Shown: positions 18,537 to 26,886 of the stretch, one piece after another | Layout: each line of letters starts with the position of its first letter | How positions within the stretch are numbered: the first letter of the stretch is position 1 | Virus record (IMG/VR): IMGVR_UViG_3300010398_000030 | Coordinates: 1-29,042 of that record | Strand: one strand, 5' to 3' | Length of the DNA: 29,042 bases | From: a virus | Taxonomy: Duplodnaviria > Caudoviricetes | Made by a program: the position numbers and the translations under genes | Notes under the pieces: generated by a model | What the model was told of the DNA's origin: nothing | The model's input: the letters and a program-made list of their open reading frames with translations, nothing else | The model's database searches: none

Positions 18537-19439
18537 CTATCCTGCTAACGCTGCCGCTGGGCCGAGTTGACCACCTACCAACGACAACAACTTCATCAAC
18601 TGCTGCGTGGGCATATCGTAGAGGCCTCCCGATGCTCCTTGCGGAGCTTGGGGGCCAAGTCCGAACAATCCACCACCTGGGGGTGTGGGTGGTCCCATCG
18701 GTCCCGCTCCTGCCGGTCCTAGCGGTGTTCTGGCCGGTCTTCCACGCGGAACCCGCTGCACGGTAGGTGCGGCGGTTCCACCTTGCGCGGGAGTAACCGG
18801 TCGTCTTGCTGGCGGCGCGGGCGCTTGCGGTTGCTGCTGTCCTCCACCTCCACCACCCAAAGCGTTGACCGCGCCGAGCGCGTTGCTCGCAAGCCCGCCT
18901 ACGTCTGGACCACCGCCGGGTGTGGTCGCACCACTGGGTGTGGTAGCGGAAGCAGCACCTGGAAGCGGACCTTGCCCCGTCAACTGGTCGGCGTAGCCTT
19001 TGGCGAATTGGCTCGCTTGTTGGTCCCATTGACCAGGCAGGGGCATCGCGCCTTGACCACCGGCACCGAAGTTACTTGATGCCGTGTTGAATTGGTTCGC
19101 CATGCCCGAAGTGACGTCCTTCGCCTGCTGCTGCAATGCATCGGACCCAGAAGCGGCTGGAGCCATAGCAGCTGCGGCTGCGGGAAGTCCCATGCCTACG
19201 AGTTGCTGCGGACTAAAGGTGGGCATTGTTCCAGCGGCACCACCAGCAGCGGCAGGCGCGACTGCACCCGCAGCTTGCTGCACCGTGGGAGTTGCTGCGG
19301 CATCTCCTGTGGCAGCAGCCGTCGTTCCTGGTCCGAGTAACGAAGCGAGCGGACCTTTGCCCGCTAATCCATATCCACCTAGTGCGCCGAGGCCTCCTGC
19401 CGCTATCGGAAGGAGTACCTGTCCTGCTCTTCCGCCCAT
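18537..19439 (-). CDS. Gly/Ala/Pro-rich putative internal virion protein, 300 aa
   Basis: TAATG coupling, low-complexity sequence, located within the ejection block. Confidence 0.6.
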   Translation of the reverse strand: MGGRAGQVLLPIAAGGLGALGGYGLAGKGPLASLLGPGTTAAATGDAAATPTVQQAAGAVAPAAAGGAAGTMPTFSPQQLVGMGLPAAAAAMAPAASGSDALQQQAKDVTSGMANQFNTASSNFGAGGQGAMPLPGQWDQQASQFAKGYADQLTGQGPLPGAASATTPSGATTPGGGPDVGGLASNALGAVNALGGGGGGQQQPQAPAPPARRPVTPAQGGTAAPTVQRVPRGRPARTPLGPAGAGPMGPPTPPGGGLFGLGPQAPQGASGGLYDMPTQQLMKLLSLVGGQLGPAAALAG

Positions 19440-19777
19440 TACTGTGTTCCTCCCATCATCCGCAGCAACTGCATCTGTTGCGGATTCATTGCTGTTGGCC
19501 CGCCCGCTGGCATTCCCTGCGACGGTCGTTGTGGAACTTGCGGCACGCTTGCTTGGCCGAGCGCCGGAGCTCCAGAAGGTGTTGGCGGTGAGGGTGGCTT
19601 CGGCATTGCCGGTGTTGGAGGCGGGGGTGCCGGTCCTTTTTGTCCACCACCACCAATTTGCCCCATACCCGAGGTCATCATCGGAATGCCGATCTCAGGA
19701 CTACCACCGATGGTTGACAGGCCCAGACCCGCCCCCATCTGAAGTCCTCCCATTATGTTTCCCGATTGTCCGCCCAT
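19439..19777 (-). CDS. Gly/Pro-rich putative internal virion protein, 112 aa
   Basis: Tightly packed with its neighbours. MGG start. Confidence 0.55.
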   Translation of the reverse strand: MGGQSGNIMGGLQMGAGLGLSTIGGSPEIGIPMMTSGMGQIGGGGQKGPAPPPPTPAMPKPPSPPTPSGAPALGQASVPQVPQRPSQGMPAGGPTAMNPQQMQLLRMMGGTQ

Positions 19778-19779
19778 AG

Positions 19780-20655
19780 TTATTTCATCGTGTTCTTGTA
19801 ACCAGTGGTGCCACCCATCTGCTGGCCGTAGTTCGGTGGCGAAGCGAGCGGCGTGTAGCCCGCCGCTTGCGAACTCAACGCTGGGTTATTCGGAGTAACT
19901 CCACTCTGCGTGGACGGCTGGATCGGATTGTTCACCTGTTGCGTGGTCGTGGTCGGCGCACCGTATCCTTGCTGTGGCGGCAGGAACCCAGCGGGACTTG
20001 AGAACGACGGGTAAGAGGGACCGGCGACCGATGCGTACTGCGGCCCCATCGAGAGGTACTGCGGACCCATCGTGCTGAACGGCGTGAACCCTCCTGGTCC
20101 TCCCCAACTGCCGCCGCCTCCCCAACTGCCGCCTCCCGGCGTGCCGTTGCCCCACGGCCCTGCCTGCTGCGTGACGGTCGGCGCCTGTCCAGGTCCTTGC
20201 GTCGAGGTCGAGGTCACACCTCCGCTCGCCGTACCGAACGGCATCGATGCGCGATCGAACGCAGTCGGCAAACTTACGTTCGGAGGCGGTGCGCTGATGG
20301 TCGGCGGAGGCGGTGGTGGAGGTGGCGGGGGCGCGGGAGGAGGAGGCGGTGGGGGTGGAGGTGTTGGAGGTGGAGGAGGAGGTGGTGGTGGTGCAGGGGG
20401 TGGTGGCGGCGGCGCGGCCGCAGGCGGTGGTGCTGAGACTGTCGGCGCGGGACCGGCATAGAATGGTGCCACGCCGGGATTCATCGGGTTCATCGACTGC
20501 GCGATTTTCTGCTGAATCGTGCCCGAGTTGAGTTGGTTGGTAAGATTGTTGAGGTACTTCTGGATGCCGGGATCGAGTCCTACATTCGACCCGAGGTTGA
20601 TGTACGGACTATCCAGTGCCGACAGAACCGGCGCGGTGGTTTTGGCTTTCGCCAT
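19780..20655 (-). CDS. Polyproline-containing low-complexity protein, 291 aa
   Basis: Start lies 1 nt after the upstream stop. Long Pro tract, with short repeats MGPQY x2 and GGGSWG x2. Confidence 0.65.
   Translation of the reverse strand: MAKAKTTAPVLSALDSPYINLGSNVGLDPGIQKYLNNLTNQLNSGTIQQKIAQSMNPMNPGVAPFYAGPAPTVSAPPPAAAPPPPPPAPPPPPPPPPTPPPPPPPPPAPPPPPPPPPPTISAPPPNVSLPTAFDRASMPFGTASGGVTSTSTQGPGQAPTVTQQAGPWGNGTPGGGSWGGGGSWGGPGGFTPFSTMGPQYLSMGPQYASVAGPSYPSFSSPAGFLPPQQGYGAPTTTTQQVNNPIQPSTQSGVTPNNPALSSQAAGYTPLASPPNYGQQMGGTTGYKNTMK
20282..20430. repeat. Imperfect (GGN)n trinucleotide tract encoding polyproline on the minus strand
   Basis: Runs of ggt/gga/ggc/ggg are directly visible. Confidence 0.85.
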
Positions 20656-20656
20656 G

Positions 20657-21778
20657 TCACTTCATCGATCCACCGGGCATCGAGGAAACCTGGAATGATT
20701 GTCCACCGCCACCCGACAGCGGACTCACGAGGTTCGCAGCCTGCGTCAGCATCTGGTACGGCATCATCTGGTTGCCGAAGATCGTGTTGAGGATGTTCTG
20801 CTGCTGCTGTTGTTGCTGCTGGCCGATGTCGAGCAACTGTCCGGCGGGACCATACTGCGCTTGCGAAAGTCCCGGCGCCTGTCCGATCGCGGCCTGCTGC
20901 GGGTTGTACATCCCAGGGATCTCACCCGCCGCACCGAGTTGCGGCTGCAACATTCCCGGCAGTCCCTGCGCCGCGCCCGCCTGTTGGCCCAAGAGCGATC
21001 CGATCTGGCCGATGCCGGTTTCGGCGGGTTGCAGAAGGCCAGGTGCTGCCTGAATCGCCCCCTGTTGGAGTTGGCGTTCCTGTTGGTACGCCGGTTCGAT
21101 GACACCCGCCGCGTAATTCCCGAGTTGCTGCGCGAGTTGGTTTTGCGCGTTGGCGAACGCCTGCTCAGTGCCGGATGAGCCGAGGCCCCCAGACGCGATC
21201 GCGTTACTCAGGATGTTGGGTGCGACCGCCTGCTGGTAGTTCCTGACGATCGGATCCATCCCCGCGTTGAGGTACGCCTGCAACGCGGTGTTCTTGGACG
21301 GGTCGAGGTACTGGCCCGACATGGTCGCCTGGTTCGCGGCCTGCGCGGCCTGAATGGTTGGATCGTTGAGCAGCCCGCCCGCTGCTCCCATCGCCTGCTG
21401 CATCCACGGGTTCTGTCCCGTGGCGAGATTTTGCAGCGCTTGCGTACCCGCGTTGAGGGCTGGGTTCTGCCCGGTCGCGATCCCGGTGAGCGAGCCGAGC
21501 GCCGCGTTGATGTCGGGAGTTCCGCCGGCCAGTGCCGCATTCGCGGCCTGCGCTTGGCCGAGGTAGCCCTGCTGCTGGCCGGTCAGATTCTCAGTGAGGC
21601 CCATCGCGGCGAGTTGGTCGGGCGAGAAGCCCGCCACGCTCTGCTGGGGATACTGCGACCCTGGCGCATACAGTTGCTGGGCGACGCCAGTCTCCTGCTT
21701 CGCGTAGGGCAACTCCCACTTGGGAGGACCGCTTCGTTGGCTTGTCGTGCTGGATTGACCGCCGCCGGAACCGCCCAC
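20657..21778 (-). CDS. Putative DNA pilot/ejection protein, 373 aa
   Basis: MGGSGGGQSSTTSQ...PPKWELPY...VAGFSPDQLAA and GGLGSSG are typical of podoviral DNA transfer proteins. GTG start with GAGG RBS. Confidence 0.7.
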   Translation of the reverse strand: MGGSGGGQSSTTSQRSGPPKWELPYAKQETGVAQQLYAPGSQYPQQSVAGFSPDQLAAMGLTENLTGQQQGYLGQAQAANAALAGGTPDINAALGSLTGIATGQNPALNAGTQALQNLATGQNPWMQQAMGAAGGLLNDPTIQAAQAANQATMSGQYLDPSKNTALQAYLNAGMDPIVRNYQQAVAPNILSNAIASGGLGSSGTEQAFANAQNQLAQQLGNYAAGVIEPAYQQERQLQQGAIQAAPGLLQPAETGIGQIGSLLGQQAGAAQGLPGMLQPQLGAAGEIPGMYNPQQAAIGQAPGLSQAQYGPAGQLLDIGQQQQQQQQNILNTIFGNQMMPYQMLTQAANLVSPLSGGGGQSFQVSSMPGGSMK

Positions 21779-21851
21779 TGGCGATACCTCGCTGGCGCGG
21801 CGGCGGACGCGCTAAAGCGCAGCAAACACTACTGGTGGGGTACTGTCAATC

Positions 21852-22472
21852 TCAAACGGGCTGATAGTAGTTGGTATGGCCTTTTATCCAGCCTAGGCGC
21901 TCAAGGGGGCGCGGACTCAGGCAGGCGATCCGGTAACAGCCCTGCGACTTCGCCCACATCTTTATATAGTCGTGCAGTTGCTGCTTTCCTCCCTCGACGT
22001 CGTCTTCGGCTGTCCTCTCCCTGAGGGGAATATCCCAGCCATTCCAGACAAAGCACTCCAGTTTCCCGTAGCGATCGCGCTGGAGTTCACAACACATCCA
22101 GCCAAGTGCCTTAGCATTGCGAGTAACGAGGAAGAGCACGGCGTGGGAGGCTTCGGGGTAACGAAGAGCGGCATACAGATCCTCCGGTATCCAGTCGGTG
22201 TGCTCACCGACTTTCTTAAGGATGTCCTCCGCGCCGCGCTTGATGAACGCCCAGTTGCCGTGGAGTTGTTCGGGCGTCAGTTGTTGGATGAACAGGTTGC
22301 GGATGACCACGCGCTGGGGCGCTGCTTCACTTAACGCGTTTAACGGGCCGTCGAGGTGCAGGTCTACGAATGCTTGAGGATTCGCTCGCGGAATTCCTTG
22401 CTCTGCTTCTCGTACTCCTCCGACGCCGTCGGAAGTTTCACTGGTCCCTTCGCCGGGTTCTTTGGATCCCAT
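21852..22472 (-). CDS. GNAT-like (acetyltransferase-fold) phage protein; start uncertain
   Basis: LFLVTRNAKALGW...WAKSQGCYRI...RPLERLGW resembles the GNAT-fold genes that precede ejection genes in podoviruses (T7 gp13-like position). Confidence 0.55.
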   Translation of the reverse strand: MGSKEPGEGTSETSDGVGGVREAEQGIPRANPQAFVDLHLDGPLNALSEAAPQRVVIRNLFIQQLTPEQLHGNWAFIKRGAEDILKKVGEHTDWIPEDLYAALRYPEASHAVLFLVTRNAKALGWMCCELQRDRYGKLECFVWNGWDIPLRERTAEDDVEGGKQQLHDYIKMWAKSQGCYRIACLSPRPLERLGWIKGHTNYYQPV

Positions 22473-23050
22473 GCTGACCCCACGTTGCCGTCATACGGTT
22501 CTTCTGTCGGTTCCGCCACTGGAGAATTAATCGCAGCAGCCGCAGTTTCCGCAAGAAACTCTGCCTCTTCGTCTCCACCATGTAGCACCTCGTGTTTAAC
22601 CTCAAGCTTGCCGCCCTCCGCCATCGCCTGCAGCAGCGCGTCGATCTTCCCCTCCGCACGGTTCAACTGGTCGGAGAGTGAGTCAATCATTTCTTCCTGG
22701 CGGCGCAGGCGTTCCTTTAGCGGGTTCACGTTCTGCAGCGTCTTCACGATCGTTTCGGTGCCGGCGACGAGGTGCGCGAACTTGGACTCGTCCTTGGTCA
22801 TCGCGGCGCGGATGTCCATCATCTGCGAGAGCACCAGCGTCATCAGCGGGTCGAGCTTCGTGATGCTGCCCAGCTTCATCACCGCCACGCGAAACTCGAT
22901 GGGTGTCTGCGCGGACAGAAAGGAGGTTTCCCGCCAGACGCGATCCACCTGAGCCTGCGTGATGCGACCTTGCTTGAGCGCTTCGGGCAATTGCTCCTGC
23001 GTGATGGTCGCGTCAATTCTTACTGGCTCAGTCTTTTTCAGGTCGCTCAT
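22364..23050 (-). CDS. Hypothetical coiled-coil protein, 228 aa
   Basis: Long ORF with an AAGGGA RBS and a heptad-rich centre. Confidence 0.65.
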   Translation of the reverse strand: MSDLKKTEPVRIDATITQEQLPEALKQGRITQAQVDRVWRETSFLSAQTPIEFRVAVMKLGSITKLDPLMTLVLSQMMDIRAAMTKDESKFAHLVAGTETIVKTLQNVNPLKERLRRQEEMIDSLSDQLNRAEGKIDALLQAMAEGGKLEVKHEVLHGGDEEAEFLAETAAAAINSPVAEPTEEPYDGNVGSAWDPKNPAKGPVKLPTASEEYEKQSKEFRERILKHS

Positions 23051-23279
23051 CCAATTGTCCCTTGTCGATGCGCCATTCGCCGCCGATGCGGAGTCCCTTT
23101 AGGTTACCCTTCTTGATGAGCCGGTAGATAGTTCCTGGAGTTACGCGCAGGAACGCGGCCACTTCGCTCACGCGCCAATAGGGGCTGCTTGGCAGGGGCG
23201 GCTTGGATTTTGGTTCCTTGGCAGGCTGCGGTCCCTTCCATTGCCCCCAATGCGGTCCTCTTTCAACGGTATAGGCCAC
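23028..23279 (-). CDS. Excisionase-like (MerR/HTH_17-type) DNA-binding protein, 83 aa
   Basis: YWRVSEVAAFLRVTPGTIYRLIKKGNLKGLRIGGEWRI is the classic Xis-like winged HTH pattern. Confidence 0.85.
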   Translation of the reverse strand: MAYTVERGPHWGQWKGPQPAKEPKSKPPLPSSPYWRVSEVAAFLRVTPGTIYRLIKKGNLKGLRIGGEWRIDKGQLDERPEKD

Positions 23280-23283
23280 TGCC

Positions 23284-23487
23284 TTACTGGTTCAGCCACA
23301 TCAGATCCTCAGGCTTGAGTTCCGCGTGGTCCGGCACATTCACCGGATTCTGGATGCGTGCCGACGGTGACGGCTTCGGGGTCGGATGCCCCTTCTTCTT
23401 GTGGTGACGCGCCAGCGCCGGATACGGCAGCAGTAGATCCAATCCTATCACGAGCACCCAGAACCCGATTGCTATCACCCAGTTCAT
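23284..23487 (-). CDS. Small exported/membrane protein, 67 aa
   Basis: ATGA overlap with the terL stop. Hydrophobic N-terminus ending in ALA|RHH. Confidence 0.55.
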   Translation of the reverse strand: MNWVIAIGFWVLVIGLDLLLPYPALARHHKKKGHPTPKPSPSARIQNPVNVPDHAELKPEDLMWLNQ

Positions 23488-25160
23488 TGACTTAGCCACG
23501 AGCCTCCTCCGTTCATGCTGTTCTGGTTCCAGTGATCACCGGTCGAGTTACCCGAGCCGTACGCCCGGGGGAACACATAGTTTACTTCCGCCTCGTCGCA
23601 CAATCGCGACAGTGCGTCGAGCTGGTCACGGCACTTCGGGTTGAACGGCCATTTGTCCCACTCCACATCCTTGAAGCGCTTGACGATGTCCAACTCGTTG
23701 CCGTCGAGCTTTTTATACATCAGTTTCTCTGGCGCGATGATGTCGCCGCTGCGGTACTTGGGGATGAGCCGCTCTATGCGTGCGTCTTTGGCGGTGATGC
23801 CGCCGACCTCCTGGATGACAAAACGGAAGTTCTCGCGGTCCTGCCGGTCGCGAAGATGCTCGATGTCGGCCTGGAACGCGTTCTGCTCGTAGACGACTTT
23901 AAGCGGATCCCACTTTCGAACCATGTCAAAGAGCGTATCCGCCCGTTGGGTGAGACTGAGGTTATCCAGAACCCCGTCGAGGATACGCCACTTGCGATCG
24001 GCTCCAGCGCCAACCACCCATAAGGCAAATTGACTATTTGAGTCAGAACGCCGGCCTGCCGGATCAACGAGGATATATCGGTTGAGGGAGCGGATGCTGA
24101 GTTCGCCGCGGTAGACTTGCCACCAGGATGATTCGAATCCAATTTCGTGCGCCTCCTGCGCTTTCTTGGGGTCGAGCAGGAACTGGAGCGCGAATACCTT
24201 GGGCGACATCTTGGCCTTGAAGTCGGCCAGCTTGGCCTCCGAGAAGAACACCGACTGGCTCTTGCCGTCCACCGCTGGGTGACGGCGCACCTTGAACTTG
24301 CCGTTGTCGAGGTATTCGCAGATGGTGTCGCCAATCTCCTGCGGAGTTCCAATCAGCCGCATGATCGGCGGGTCCGAGGCAGTGAGCGCAAAACTGTTCT
24401 CCAGCTCCTGCGTGGTCTTATCGACCATCATCTCCGAAATCTGATCGCGGGCCACGATGTCGTCGTAGTGCAGGATGCTGAACCGTTTGCTGGTCGGTTG
24501 ACCATCGATCAAGCCCCAGGCTTCGACCGTCGATTCCTTGATGTTGGAGGAACGCTTTACGGTGATGCCGTCATCGATCGCCCATTTCGGACTCTCGCGC
24601 TTGGGGTCCGAGTACAGAATTTCCGGGAACAACGCCTTGAGTTCATCGTTGATTTCGAATTCGACCTTGATGAGGCGCAGGAACTGCTTCGCCAGCGGAC
24701 GGTTGTGGGAGAAGATTCCAATCGTCTCGTTGGGATCCTTCAGGATGTCCTGGATGATCAGCGCATAAGTCAGTATTTCCGACTTGGCGTGCTCCCGCGC
24801 CCACACGTCCAGCCGGTTGTTGGGATGGTCCTGCACCTCCATGCAGCGCTCGTGATACCACAGCGCGATGCGTTCCTTGTGCTCCGGTGAGAGGCCCGCC
24901 TGCTTGGGATTCTCGCCGGTCCAGTGGGTGCGGTGGAGCACATAGCGGCCGAGAAAGAACAGGTCGTTCAGGCACATCCAGCGATAGTGCTCGACCCTGC
25001 GGCCTTCCGAGCAATGCTGGAACGACTCGTAGAACAGCGCCGCTTCCTCCACCGACCGCGAACGGTGCAGCGGTGGATGGGTGTCACAGGACTTCTGCCG
25101 ACGCAGTGCCTGAGCTAGATCACGAAGGCCTCCCGCCATCGTCGTTGCCCTTCCCTTCAA
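23484..25160 (-). CDS. terL: Terminase large subunit, 558 aa
   Basis: Walker A-like WAREHAKS, Walker B ILHYDD, IGTP coupling motif, and RNase H-like nuclease motifs ILVDPAG and DQLDAL. Confidence 0.92.
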   Translation of the reverse strand: MKGRATTMAGGLRDLAQALRRQKSCDTHPPLHRSRSVEEAALFYESFQHCSEGRRVEHYRWMCLNDLFFLGRYVLHRTHWTGENPKQAGLSPEHKERIALWYHERCMEVQDHPNNRLDVWAREHAKSEILTYALIIQDILKDPNETIGIFSHNRPLAKQFLRLIKVEFEINDELKALFPEILYSDPKRESPKWAIDDGITVKRSSNIKESTVEAWGLIDGQPTSKRFSILHYDDIVARDQISEMMVDKTTQELENSFALTASDPPIMRLIGTPQEIGDTICEYLDNGKFKVRRHPAVDGKSQSVFFSEAKLADFKAKMSPKVFALQFLLDPKKAQEAHEIGFESSWWQVYRGELSIRSLNRYILVDPAGRRSDSNSQFALWVVGAGADRKWRILDGVLDNLSLTQRADTLFDMVRKWDPLKVVYEQNAFQADIEHLRDRQDRENFRFVIQEVGGITAKDARIERLIPKYRSGDIIAPEKLMYKKLDGNELDIVKRFKDVEWDKWPFNPKCRDQLDALSRLCDEAEVNYVFPRAYGSGNSTGDHWNQNSMNGGGSWLSQ

Positions 25161-25641
25161 CCTCGTCTATCGCGGCCAGGACCTTCTGCTTGGCTTCGGG
25201 AAAACTCTCCAGCGCCCTCGAGACGACCTCGATGACGCGGGCCGCGAACGCCCGCTGCAGGCGCGGGTCCACCTGATCGTAGAGTCCCAGCATCTTGTTT
25301 TTCTGGTCGAGGCACCCGCGCCACTCTCTGGTTCCCAACGCCCAGCCCTTGGTGTCGGCGGGTTCCCGGGTCTTGCAGTAGGTAATCAGTTCCCTGGCTT
25401 CCGCAATGCACTCGTCGTGCTCTTCGAACAGGACCGTGGGGTCCATCTTGGTGTGGATGACCTGCGGTTCGGACAGCGCCGGCAAGTTGCCCATGTGCTG
25501 GTCGCGGTGACGCAGCAGCGTGTCTTGCGTCATCGTGTAGCGTTCGGCGAGAAACTTCATCGACTTGGCCTTGGGGATGGCCTTCTCGATCGCCGAGCGG
25601 GCCGGATGATTGCAGACGTCGCAGCGCTGCCAGCGGCTCAT
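25120..25641 (-). CDS. terS: Probable terminase small subunit, 173 aa
   Basis: Immediately upstream of and overlapping terL. N-terminal CxxC-H / HTH / HxxxH region followed by helices. Confidence 0.65.
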   Translation of the reverse strand: MSRWQRCDVCNHPARSAIEKAIPKAKSMKFLAERYTMTQDTLLRHRDQHMGNLPALSEPQVIHTKMDPTVLFEEHDECIAEARELITYCKTREPADTKGWALGTREWRGCLDQKNKMLGLYDQVDPRLQRAFAARVIEVVSRALESFPEAKQKVLAAIDEVEGKGNDDGGRPS

Positions 25642-25769
25642 TCTTTCATCTTCGGCGGGCTAGGCACCTTGGTCGTCTTCGTGGTCGGAACCTTGAACGA
25701 CTTGCGGCCCGTTCCCCGCATCTTGGTTCCGCGGCCTCGCGGTGGATTGAGTGACGGTAGTCGAGCCAT
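25638..25769 (-). CDS. Small basic peptide, 43 aa (MARLPSLNPPRGRGTKMRG...KMKE)
   Basis: Hand-translated. GAGGAG RBS, and the stop overlaps the terS start (ATGA). Confidence 0.55.
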   Translation of the reverse strand: MARLPSLNPPRGRGTKMRGTGRKSFKVPTTKTTKVPSPPKMKE

Positions 25770-25932
25770 ATTTACTCCTCATCCGGTCCCACCGGAGTTT
25801 GCAATATGCTGCCTGCTGCTGATTCTTGTTGCGCTCCCTGCGGATCGCTTCGAAGGCTTTCTGAAGTCGGGTCTGGATATCACCAAGGTGTGCAGGGTGG
25901 TTCTGGAAATCACTGCCCCCGGGTCTTCTCAT
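25660..25932 (-). CDS. Hypothetical protein, ~90 aa
   Basis: ATGA coupling to the upstream gene, but its 3' part overlaps the 43-aa ORF. Confidence 0.35.
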   Translation of the reverse strand: MRRPGGSDFQNHPAHLGDIQTRLQKAFEAIRRERNKNQQQAAYCKLRWDRMRSKYGSTTVTQSTARPRNQDAGNGPQVVQGSDHEDDQGA

Positions 25933-26348
25933 AGACTTTCCACTGCCTTGTTGTACTCGTCCCATTTAACCCCGAGCGCCTCTGCGATCAATCTCTCGCA
26001 GTTGGTCGCGGTAACGTGCTGTTGATGGTAGGGCGCGTGGGGGTCGTCGCCAGGTTCCTCGTACAGTTCGCATCCGCACGGACCAATCCCCTTCTCTCCA
26101 CCATGGTCCACGGGTGCCGCCCGCCATCTCTCGTACTCCATGTCGAAGCGGTTGATGTCCTTCATCTTGATCCCCGCCACCCGGCACAGCATGAACTCGA
26201 TGATCTCGTGCAGGAACACACACACCTCGTAGCGGTAGTCACCCAGCCGCGAGACGCGGAAGTGCCAGACTCCGTGCTTGCCAAAGTAGTCACCTACCGT
26301 GTCGTAGCGCTGGGAGCGATGGCCGATGACCCTGAACTCGATGTTCAT
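25929..26348 (-). CDS. Putative metal-binding protein (HExxE motif), 139 aa
   Basis: QRYDTVGDY, FLHEIIE and EPGDDPHAPYHQQH...E motifs. ATGA coupling. Confidence 0.65.
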   Translation of the reverse strand: MNIEFRVIGHRSQRYDTVGDYFGKHGVWHFRVSRLGDYRYEVCVFLHEIIEFMLCRVAGIKMKDINRFDMEYERWRAAPVDHGGEKGIGPCGCELYEEPGDDPHAPYHQQHVTATNCERLIAEALGVKWDEYNKAVESL

Positions 26349-26578
26349 CGGTTCAGGTCGAACGGGTCGGCCTTGTTGCCGTCCGCCTCCTCACCGCTCA
26401 TCTCGCGGACGGAGAGACTCAGGAAGTTCTTGCCGTCCCTGCTCTGCTTCTTCCACGCCGACAACCGGTAGGTGGTGCCAGCGACCATTATCTTGCCGGT
26501 GAAGTCGGGATGGTTGGGTTGTTGCTTGCGCTGGTTCACGAACAACGACCCGCTCATGTCTCTCTGTTCGAACGCCAT
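26345..26578 (-). CDS. DUF736-like small beta protein (probable ssDNA-binding), 77 aa
   Basis: SGSLFVN.RK...HPDFTG....G..YRLSAWKK.S..G..FLSLSV pattern and an acidic/Phe C-terminal tail (DPFD). AAGGGG RBS. Confidence 0.7.
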   Translation of the reverse strand: MAFEQRDMSGSLFVNQRKQQPNHPDFTGKIMVAGTTYRLSAWKKQSRDGKNFLSLSVREMSGEEADGNKADPFDLNR

Positions 26579-26622
26579 GATTGAATTCCCCTTTTAAGCT
26601 TGGCGCTCACTTCCGCGAGGAG

Positions 26623-26663
26623 GAGTCTCCGCCCTTAGTGTCCGCCGTGAAGGGCGGAGACTC
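26623..26663. other. Perfect 14-bp inverted repeat (hairpin); possible terminator or processing/stability element
   Basis: GAGTCTCCGCCCTT (26623-26636) and AAGGGCGGAGACTC (26650-26663) with a 13-nt loop. No clear U-tract on either strand. Confidence 0.7.
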
Positions 26664-26687
26664 TGCGGTTATTGGTGAAGCTTGGTC

Positions 26688-26783
26688 TTACCGGAGATGC
26701 GGTGTGTGCTGCTCATGCCGTTCCCCGAAATCAGCCGTGGGAACGTGCAATAGCCCTGCTTTCAGTCCAGTCTTTACCTTCAT
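26688..26783 (-). CDS. 31-aa peptide MKVKTGLKAGLLHVPTADFGERHEQHTPHLR
   Basis: Hand-translated. Strong AAGGAG RBS, promoter-like sequence upstream and a hairpin downstream. Confidence 0.6.
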   Translation of the reverse strand: MKVKTGLKAGLLHVPTADFGERHEQHTPHLR

Positions 26784-26815
26784 GCTCTTTCTCCTTTGGC
26801 GAACACCGGCCCGGG

Positions 26816-26844
26816 ATAATAGCGTGATTTTGGCGCTTTGACAC
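26816..26844 (-). promoter_or_regulatory. Sigma70-like promoter candidate
   Basis: Minus strand GTGTCA-N17-TATTAT in an AT-richer patch between the array and the peptide ORF. Confidence 0.5.
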
Positions 26845-26886
26845 GTTAACAGCGCATTTCAGCTTATATCGTTGTTTTACGCGCAC

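Noticed and set aside
26838-26870. Plus-strand promoter from TTGACA at 26838-26843 reading into the array
   Set aside because: No good -10 hexamer at 16-18 bp spacing. The minus-strand candidate fits better. Antisense transcription cannot be excluded.
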